Shown here piece by piece: positions 56,850 through 64,000 of a DNA stretch of 64,000 nt (position 1 is the first letter of the stretch; the number at the start of each line of letters is the position of its first letter). The notes under the pieces were generated by a model, which ran no database searches, was not told where the DNA came from, and worked only from the letters and a program-made list of their open reading frames with translations. This DNA is from an uncultured Clostridia bacterium (GTDB lineage: Bacteria > Bacillota > Clostridia > Christensenellales > UBA1242), in the NCBI GenBank assembly GCA_947627545.1, contig CANQWK010000008.1:352-64351 (forward strand), written 5' to 3'. The position numbers and the translations under genes are program-made.

Positions 56850-57425
56850 ATGATACACAACATTGTAATTAAATATAAAAACCTTATGTTAAGGCAAATA
56901 AAAAAAGATGATATTGAACAATTAAGGCAATGGAGAAATGATAAAGAAAAAACAAAATTCCTTAGAAGAATAGGCAATATTACACCTGAAATGCAAATAA
57001 AGTGGTATGAAAAGTATTTAGACAATCCAGATGAAATGGCTTTTGCAATTTGCGAGGTTGAAAATTTAAATTGTTTAATAGGCAGCGTTTCACTTTATAA
57101 TTTTAATCAAAATCAGGTTGAAATTGGCAAAATTTTAATTGGCGAAGATAAGGTGAAAGGTTTGGGTTTTGGCAGGCTTTCTTTTGCAATGTTAATGACC
57201 TATGCTTTTACAAAACTGCAAGTTGTTAAGCCACAAAAAATTGTTGCAACAGTTAATAAACATAATATTCCTGCCAGAACAAGTTATTTTAGGTTAGGCT
57301 TTAAAGTTGTTGGTGAAACATATACCGAAAACGCAGGTCTTGAAGATGTTATAGAAATTGATAAAGAAACCTTTTTAAAAATAAACAATTATTATAAAGA
57401 TATAAAAATAGAACACGAAAAATAA
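56850..57425 (+). CDS. GNAT-family N-acetyltransferase (RimJ/RimL-like)
   Basis: LRQ....D...L..WRND and KGLGFG motifs. Confidence 0.68.
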   Translation: MIHNIVIKYKNLMLRQIKKDDIEQLRQWRNDKEKTKFLRRIGNITPEMQIKWYEKYLDNPDEMAFAICEVENLNCLIGSVSLYNFNQNQVEIGKILIGEDKVKGLGFGRLSFAMLMTYAFTKLQVVKPQKIVATVNKHNIPARTSYFRLGFKVVGETYTENAGLEDVIEIDKETFLKINNYYKDIKIEHEK

Positions 57426-57529
57426 AAATAATAAAAAATAAAAACAAGAAAAATAAAACAATAAAAAAATAAATAGAAGATGGAAAAATAAAAAAGTAAA
57501 AATATAAAACATGAAAAAGGAGGTAAAGA

Positions 57530-58993
57530 GTGAAAAATTATTTAAAAAAATTTAAAAATATGCCCATTGAATTAAAAGCATCGGTTTCTTACACCATTTG
57601 CAACATTTTGCAAAAATCATTATCATTTTTAACTCTTCCTCTTTTTACAAGGCTATTAACCACAACTCAATATGGGCAATACACAATTTATGCTTCGTGG
57701 ATGTCAATTTTAACAACCTTTTTAACCCTGGAACTTCCTTACGGAACATTTAACACCGCCATGGTTAATTACAAAGATGACAGAGATGGATATATTTCTA
57801 CCGTTCAAACAATTTGCACAATTTTTACTTTAGTGGCGTTGCTAATTTATTTGCCGTTTAGTTCATTTTTAAATAAATTTTTAGAATTGCCCACATTTTT
57901 AATTATTGTTATGTTTTTTGAAATATTATTTCAAGCGGCATTTATGTTTTGGTGCGGAAAGCGGCGCTTTGAATATAAATATAAAAGCATAATTGTTATA
58001 ACTTTATTAATTGCAGTTTTATCGCCTGCTCTTGCTTTAATTTTCGTTTTTTCTTCCAAAGAAAAGGGCTACGCTAGAATTTTAGGGTACTCGTTAATAA
58101 CAATTGCATTTGGTTTAATTTTTTATTTTATTAATTTAACAAAGGGCAAAAAACCTTTTAAAAAGGAATATTGGAAATATGCAATCACATTCAATGTCCC
58201 ATTGCTTATTTATTATGTTTCGCAAACAATTTTTAACCAAAGCGATAGGTTAATGATAAGTCGTTTTTGTGGCGTTGACAAAGCCGCCATTTATGGCGTT
58301 GCGTATAACTTGGCTATGGTTTTAATACTTGTTTTAAATGCAATAAATAATGCTTACACGCCATGGCTATATAAAAAGATAGATGAAAAAAAACCGCAGG
58401 AAAACAAAAAAATTTCAGCATATATTGCCTTGCTTATGGCTGTTTTGCTTAGTGGCATTATTTGGCTTGCACCAGAAATAATTTATGTTATGGCAGGAAA
58501 AAATTATTCTGCCGCAAAATGGGTTGTTCCGCCTGTTGCTGCCAGCCTCCTTTTGTTGTTATACACACAATTTTCAAACAATGTAGAGTTTTTATATAAA
58601 AAGAAATTTTATTTAATAATTGCATCGCTTGTTCCAGCCGTTGTAAACATTGTTTTAAATTACATTTTTATTCCTAAATTTGGTTTTTTGGCGGCGGGCT
58701 ACACAACATTGGTAAGTTATTTACTGTTTGCTTTAATTAGTTATTTGTTTATTATAAAATATTTAAAAAAGGGGCAGGAATTATATGGCTTATTTAATGT
58801 TAAAATTTTGTTATTAATTTTGGCAGGTTTTATAGGTGTTAACATTTTAGGTATGGCGTTATACAACTTTTTAATAGCACGAATAATTGTTATGGTAGTG
58901 GTTTTAATTGCTTTAATAATTTTTAGAAAGAAAATTTTTGCATTAATTAAAAGTTTAAAAAGTAAGGGAGAAGAAAATGTTAGCCAAAATTAA
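57530..58993 (+). CDS. Wzx-type polysaccharide flippase (MOP superfamily)
   Basis: 487 aa with 12-14 TM helices and a typical Polysacc_synt layout. Confidence 0.72.
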   Translation: MKNYLKKFKNMPIELKASVSYTICNILQKSLSFLTLPLFTRLLTTTQYGQYTIYASWMSILTTFLTLELPYGTFNTAMVNYKDDRDGYISTVQTICTIFTLVALLIYLPFSSFLNKFLELPTFLIIVMFFEILFQAAFMFWCGKRRFEYKYKSIIVITLLIAVLSPALALIFVFSSKEKGYARILGYSLITIAFGLIFYFINLTKGKKPFKKEYWKYAITFNVPLLIYYVSQTIFNQSDRLMISRFCGVDKAAIYGVAYNLAMVLILVLNAINNAYTPWLYKKIDEKKPQENKKISAYIALLMAVLLSGIIWLAPEIIYVMAGKNYSAAKWVVPPVAASLLLLLYTQFSNNVEFLYKKKFYLIIASLVPAVVNIVLNYIFIPKFGFLAAGYTTLVSYLLFALISYLFIIKYLKKGQELYGLFNVKILLLILAGFIGVNILGMALYNFLIARIIVMVVVLIALIIFRKKIFALIKSLKSKGEENVSQN

Positions 58994-60290
58994 AAATTTT
59001 TTAAGAAAGCATAAAGATAATTTCTTTGTAAAAAAAATTTATAAAATTAAACAATGTATCAACGAAAAACAATCTATTAACTATTTAAAGAAACAAAACA
59101 AGGCTGTTGTTAAAAATAGAAATATTAGAGTGCTATTTCTTATTAAAGATGCATTTACTTGGAATAAAATTAAATCGCTTTATTTTGAAATGAAAAAGTC
59201 AAATAAATTTGATGTAAAAATAGTTTGTTGCCCTGAGCCTTATAAAGAAGACACTTCAATAACATATAATTTTTTTATAAATCAAGGTTACGATTGCATT
59301 GATGCAAGAATTGGCAACGGCCCATGGGATGCAATGAAAAATATAGGTGAATGGTTTAATTTAAAACAATTAAAACCAGACTATGTTTTTTACACCGAAC
59401 CATATAATCTTTATTTGCCTAAATGTTATCAAACAAAGGTTGTTTCAAGTTACGCAAAAGTTTGCATTATTGAATATGGCTTTAAAACCACACAAGAATT
59501 TTTAGAAATTATGCCAAAAGATTTTTATCGTGATGTTTATTTAAGCTATGGCAATAATGTTGAAGAAACAAATTATTTAAAGCAACAATATGAAAAAACA
59601 TATAAGCAAAATTTGCAGCATTTTAAATATTTAGGATTTTTAGCGTATCCGGACATTTTTAGCCAACAAAATAAGCAAAGCCCAGCATGGAATTTTTCTA
59701 AAAATAAAATTAGGGCAATTTGGACACCGAGATGGACAACAGACAACACAATGGGTGGAACAAATTTTTTTAAATACAAAAATTTTATGTTTGATTATGC
59801 AAAAAATAATCAAGATGTAGATTTTATTTTTAGGCCGCACCCTATGGCTCTTGATAATTTTTTAAGAACAGGATTAATGAGCAAACAAGAAGTTGATGAA
59901 TTTATAAATCGTTGTCAAACGGAAGAGAATTTAAGTTTAGATACCAATCCAAATTATATTTCAACATTTTGGAATTCTTCATTTTTAATTACTGATATTT
60001 CTTCAATTATTGTTGAATATTTTGTAATGAACAAGCCAATAATTTTTTGCCAAGTAGAAAATGTTAATCAAAAATTTTTGCCAACTTTTAAAAAGATTAT
60101 TGACACATGCTATATTGTAAATAATAAAGAAGAATTGCAAAAAACTTTAAATTTTTTGAAGCAGGGTAACGACCCTAAAAAAGCCGAACGTGAAAAATTG
60201 TTTGCCGAAATTTTTGGAGATTTTTCTAAACAAACAGCCGCCAATATTTTGCAAGATATAATTAACGACGCAAAAGGTGTGAACAACTAA
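58977..60290 (+). CDS. CDP-glycerol glycerophosphotransferase family protein (TagB/TagF-like)
   Basis: C-terminal ...IFRPHPMA...LITDISS... pattern, adjacent to tagD. Confidence 0.62.
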   Translation: MLAKIKNFLRKHKDNFFVKKIYKIKQCINEKQSINYLKKQNKAVVKNRNIRVLFLIKDAFTWNKIKSLYFEMKKSNKFDVKIVCCPEPYKEDTSITYNFFINQGYDCIDARIGNGPWDAMKNIGEWFNLKQLKPDYVFYTEPYNLYLPKCYQTKVVSSYAKVCIIEYGFKTTQEFLEIMPKDFYRDVYLSYGNNVEETNYLKQQYEKTYKQNLQHFKYLGFLAYPDIFSQQNKQSPAWNFSKNKIRAIWTPRWTTDNTMGGTNFFKYKNFMFDYAKNNQDVDFIFRPHPMALDNFLRTGLMSKQEVDEFINRCQTEENLSLDTNPNYISTFWNSSFLITDISSIIVEYFVMNKPIIFCQVENVNQKFLPTFKKIIDTCYIVNNKEELQKTLNFLKQGNDPKKAEREKLFAEIFGDFSKQTAANILQDIINDAKGVNN

Positions 60291-60396
60291 ACGCTTTTAA
60301 AGTGTTTTATAATCTACAGCAAATAAAATTAAAAAAACTAACAAAAATGCTTTATTTTCTTTAAATAATATATTAAAATGTAATTGGAGATGTTTT

Positions 60397-60816
60397 ATGA
60401 TTATTGGTTATACTTGTGGAGTTTATGATTTATTTCATATAGGTCATTTAAATTTATTAAAAAATGCAAAAGGTATGTGCGATAAATTGATTGTAGGTGT
60501 TACCGTTGATGATTTGGTTGCATACAAGGGCAAAAAAGCACTTATACCGTTTGAAGATAGAATTGAAATTGTAAGGAATATTAAATGCGTAGATGCTGCT
60601 ATTCCTCAATATGATATGGATAAACTTGCAGCCTGCAAAAAACTTGGAGCATCTATTCTTTTTGTTGGCGATGATTGGTACGGTACTGATAAATGGAAAG
60701 ATTATGAAAAGGAATTTAACGAAGCAGGAATTAAAATTGTTTATTTTCCATACACAAAAGGAGTTTCGTCAACAATTATTACCGAAGCATTAAATAAATT
60801 AAGGAGCAAAAAATGA
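60397..60816 (+). CDS. tagD: Glycerol-3-phosphate cytidylyltransferase
   Basis: GYTCGVYDLFHIGHLNLLKNAK (HxGH) and VGDDW motifs; 139 aa. Confidence 0.88.
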   Translation: MIIGYTCGVYDLFHIGHLNLLKNAKGMCDKLIVGVTVDDLVAYKGKKALIPFEDRIEIVRNIKCVDAAIPQYDMDKLAACKKLGASILFVGDDWYGTDKWKDYEKEFNEAGIKIVYFPYTKGVSSTIITEALNKLRSKK

Positions 60817-61884
60817 CCAATATTGATAAAAATTTTTGTATGAGTTCGTATTTGGCTTTTAGGTTTATTGAAAAACCTAATGTAGAATTTTTTAAAGGCT
60901 TGCATCATAAAAATTTGCAACCTTTAAACGATAATCGCATTTTAGTTTCTTCCGCTGCCGATATTGATAAAGAAATTAGCAAACAATTTAAAAATTTAAA
61001 AAATGAAAAATTGGGCATTATGTTGTCTGGAGGAATGGACAGTGCAATTTTAGCGTCTTACCTTTCAAAAAGCGTAGGGGGGGGGGGTTGCACAAAAACG
61101 AGATGCATACACATTTAGATTTTTAAACGGCAAGTTTGGCCAAGAGGAATTACATAGAGCCGAACAATATGCAAAAAAATATAATTTAAATTTACATTAT
61201 GTTGACATTGATTGGAATGTTGTTGATAAATATCTTGATAAGCTAATGCTTGCAAAAGGTGCACCTGTGCATTCAATAGAACCTCAAATTTACGCCGCAG
61301 CAATGCAGGCAAAAGCAGATGGCATAACCAAAATGATAATTGGCGAAAGCAGCGACCTTGTTTTTGGCGGCATGGACGGTTTGCTATCTAAAGATTGGAC
61401 TTTTGATGAATTTGTAAAAAGATACACTTTTACTCCGCCAGAAGATGTTTTAAAAGAGCCTGTAAGCATGAACTATCTTTACGAAAAATTTAGAAAAGGC
61501 AACATGATAGATTTTGAAAGATTTTTAGATGAAGTTTTTTCGGTTGAAAGCAGTGGCTCATATTACAATGCGTTCACCCTTGCAGGTTTAGATTATTTAG
61601 ACCCTTATTCAAAATTAAAAATGAAACAGCCGCTAGATTTAGCCCGTGTAAGAAATGGAGAATCTAAATATTTAATAAGGGAATTGTTTAAAATGAAATA
61701 TCCAGAAATTCCTGTTCCAGAAAAAGTTCCAATGCCTAGACCGGTGGACGAATATTTTAAAAATTGGAAAGGTCCAACAAGACCAGAATTTAAACAAAAT
61801 ATTGATATGAGCAAGTTTACAGGAAATCAAAAATGGCAAATTTATTGCCTTGAAAGGTTTTTAAACTTAATTGAAAAACAATAA
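60813..61884 (+). pseudogene. Asparagine-synthase-like amidotransferase (synthetase domain only), frameshifted at a G11 tract
   Basis: The 60813-61118 ORF carries the SGGMDS PP-loop. After G11 the +1 frame reads AQKRDAYTFRFLNGKFGQEELHRAEQYAKKYNLNLHYVDIDW... and runs without a stop into the 61246-61884 ORF. Removing one G restores a single ORF. Confidence 0.75.
61077..61087 (+). repeat. Homopolymeric G11 tract
   Basis: Eleven consecutive G residues in a genome of about 30% GC. Confidence 0.95.
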
Positions 61885-61931
61885 TTTTTATGTAATCTTT
61901 AATTGGAATTTGTTATAATCTGCAAACAATA

Positions 61932-61958
61932 AAAAAGCATCTCGTATGCTTTTTTTAT
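61932..61958 (+). terminator. Rho-independent terminator ending the glycan operon
   Basis: aaaagcat-ctcgt-atgctttt followed by a T-run. Confidence 0.7.
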
Positions 61959-62103
61959 TGCTTACAATTAGTTAAAATTAAGCATTAAAAATTGTAAGTA
62001 ATAAAATTAATTATTTGCAAATTTTACGTGAGTATTAACAAGTTATAAAGGCGGTTTAACATTTGCTGTAATTTCTCATATAATGGTTGTGTAAGGAGAT
62101 TTT

Positions 62104-62748
62104 ATGAATAACTGTAATTTTAACAGATTTAACAACAACTGCTGCTCTCTAAATAATTGCAGTAATAACAATTACCGCACTCCAAACAATAACTGCTGTA
62201 ATGCAAACAATTGTTGTAATCCGTGCCTTACAAACGAGATGCCGCCAGTTTATTCTCGTATTATTGTACAAACAGGGGCGGTTGGACCTACTGGACCTAC
62301 CGGACCAACAGGTCCTGCTGGAGATATTGGACCTACCGGACCAACAGGGGCAACAGGTCCTGCTGGGTTTGAAGCAACCGCATTTTTTACTGCAGGCAAT
62401 GCGGTGGGTGTTGAACCTACGCTTTTGCTTGAAAATGCCTATCCAACTAATCAAACGCAAATTTCTTTTGCAGGCGATAACAATGTAAATCTTGAACCTG
62501 GCACTTATCTAATGCGTTTTGGTTCAACCGTTACCAGCACAAACGGAACTCCGCCTACCATATCTATTTTGGTAAATAATACTGTTGAAAGTGGAACAAT
62601 AAGAACAGGCGTTGCGTTTGGCTCGGCAAATTTAACAGGCGATGCATTAATAACAATTCAAGTTCCGTCAAGGTTGTCATTTAATGTAACAACTGCAAAC
62701 GAACTTTCTTATGATGAAAATTTTTTAATAATATCTAAGCTTGGTTAA
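62104..62748 (+). CDS. Collagen-like (GPT-repeat) surface protein, BclA-like, with an Asn/Cys-rich N-terminus
   Basis: GAVGPTGPTGPTGPAGDIGPTGPTGATGPAG triple-helix repeats, followed by a C-terminal beta-rich domain of about 125 aa. The N-terminus reads NNCCSLNNCSNNNYRTPNNNCCNANNCCNPC. Confidence 0.72.
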   Translation: MNNCNFNRFNNNCCSLNNCSNNNYRTPNNNCCNANNCCNPCLTNEMPPVYSRIIVQTGAVGPTGPTGPTGPAGDIGPTGPTGATGPAGFEATAFFTAGNAVGVEPTLLLENAYPTNQTQISFAGDNNVNLEPGTYLMRFGSTVTSTNGTPPTISILVNNTVESGTIRTGVAFGSANLTGDALITIQVPSRLSFNVTTANELSYDENFLIISKLG

Positions 62749-62750
62749 TA

Positions 62751-62785
62751 AAAATCCGTCATAGTTTGGCGGATTTTTTTATTTA
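62751..62785 (+). terminator. Rho-independent terminator
   Basis: aaaatccg...cggatttt followed by a T-run. Confidence 0.6.
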
Positions 62786-62837
62786 ACAAGTGGTTTATTT
62801 TTTTCATATAAATTTTTGAAGATTTTGGGAGGGAGTT

Positions 62838-63806
62838 ATGAATGTTGGAATTTGTGGCTATGGAAATTTAGGCAAAGCTATGGAAAAAGTTATATTGGAA
62901 GCCGCACAATTAAGCAAAGCAAATAATGAGAATAATTTAACAGAGTGTATGGCAAGCGATATAAACCTTGTTGCAATTTTTTCTAGGCGAAAGGTTAAAA
63001 GCAAATATAACACTTTAGTGGTTGACTATTCGTTGGCAAAAAATTATGTAAACAAAATTGATGTTATGTTTATGTGCGGCGGCTCTAAAACTGACCTTAA
63101 TTGGCAAAGCGCGGAAATGTGTAAATATTTTAACATTGTAGATAGTTTTGATACTCATGCAAAAATAAATGAACATAGCCAAAGTTTGCAAAAAGTGGCA
63201 ATCGAAAACAATAAAGTTGCAATATATTCATGCGGTTGGGACCCAGGAATTTTTAGTTTAATTAGGCAACTTTTTAATTCAGTTTTAAACAGCAATGTGC
63301 ATACCTTTTGGGGTAAAGGGGTTAGCCAAGGTCATAGCCAAGCATTGCGAAATGTTGATGGGGTGGCGGATGCCATTCAATTTACCATACCAAACAAACA
63401 AATAATGGCAAAAGTAAAAAAACAAAAAAATTTTTGTCCTAATTTAAACGAAACGCACATTAGGCAGTGTTATGTTTGTTTAAACGGAACAAAAAGTGAA
63501 AGCGAAGTAAAAAATGCAATAATGCAAATTGATAATTATTTTAAAGGTCAGCAGGTTGAAATTGAGTTTTGCAAGCAAGAAAAAATAGATAAATTAAAGA
63601 AGAATTTATATCATAAAGGCTATGTTTTTGCTCAGGACAATGTGGCAAAAATGAATTTTAATGTAAAAATGAAAAGCAACCCTGAATTTACAGCAAAAAT
63701 TATGTTTGCTTACAGCCGAGCAATAAAAAATCTTACTTCAGGGGCGTATTCGGTGCTAGATATTCCGTTAAATTTAATAAAAACAGATTTGAAAAGTTAC
63801 CTATAA
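62838..63806 (+). CDS. ddh: meso-Diaminopimelate D-dehydrogenase
   Basis: GICGYGNLGK, SCGWDPGIFSL and HTFWGKGVSQGHSQALR match the Ddh pattern known from Corynebacterium and Bacillus sphaericus enzymes. Confidence 0.8.
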   Translation: MNVGICGYGNLGKAMEKVILEAAQLSKANNENNLTECMASDINLVAIFSRRKVKSKYNTLVVDYSLAKNYVNKIDVMFMCGGSKTDLNWQSAEMCKYFNIVDSFDTHAKINEHSQSLQKVAIENNKVAIYSCGWDPGIFSLIRQLFNSVLNSNVHTFWGKGVSQGHSQALRNVDGVADAIQFTIPNKQIMAKVKKQKNFCPNLNETHIRQCYVCLNGTKSESEVKNAIMQIDNYFKGQQVEIEFCKQEKIDKLKKNLYHKGYVFAQDNVAKMNFNVKMKSNPEFTAKIMFAYSRAIKNLTSGAYSVLDIPLNLIKTDLKSYL

Positions 63807-63956
63807 TTCAAAGATATTATAACTAAGCGAGTTTGCGTTAATGTTAAAAGTATGCAAGCATTTGTTAAAAAATAACAGATTAAAAGTTTTATTAAAGTTG
63901 TAAAACTGTTTGCAAAATAAATTTTTTTGTAGTATCATCAAGTTATTGGAGAACTT

Positions 63957-64000
63957 ATGAAAACAAAACTTTTAAAATCTGTTTATTTTGTATTTTTGCC
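63957..64000 (+). CDS. Start of an ORF encoding a signal-peptide-like N-terminus (truncated by the window end)
   Basis: GGAGAA RBS followed by ATG; reads MKTKLLKSVYFVFL... Confidence 0.25.
   Translation, partial: MKTKLLKSVYFVFL

Overview
AT-rich (roughly 30% GC) Firmicutes-type chromosomal window. Sporulation-type genes are present (cwlD-like amidase, CotF-like proteins, a BclA-like collagen protein). The window covers the replication-origin neighbourhood: rpmH-rnpA-yidD-yidC-jag, mnmG, mnmE, rsmG, dnaN, dnaA, recF, parA/parB and rpsF-ssb-rpsR. These are interleaved with housekeeping genes (folD, prfB, nifSU, lepB, ttcA-like, metG, alaS, tmk, nrnA). From about 41 to 62 kb there is one co-directional surface-glycan locus: GtrB-like module, rmlACDB, several GT2 enzymes, an FdtA/FdtB aminosugar branch, Wzx/Wzy and TagD/TagF. 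A collagen-like protein gene and ddh follow it. Most notable is a pair of loci, the 3' end of a small FakA-like gene (3.5-3.9 kb) and tRNA-Arg(ACG) (44.9-45.2 kb), that carry the same 197/198-bp module. Each module holds a near-exact copy of about 45-75 nt of target flank, a roughly 110-nt scaffold whose hairpins covary between the loci, and a 12-15-nt inverted copy spanning the duplication breakpoint. I cannot assign it to any known RNA or mobile-element family. Other points: 16 copies of an intergenic palindromic element with compensatory arm changes; five parS sites packed between parA and parB; a DnaA-box cluster 13 kb from dnaA that is stronger than the one beside dnaA; divergent dnaN/dnaA; a G11 tract frameshifting an AsnB-like gene in the glycan locus; and a recurrent TATAAT-N6/7-ATG (leaderless) arrangement. 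No rRNA, CRISPR array, transposase or prophage genes were seen.
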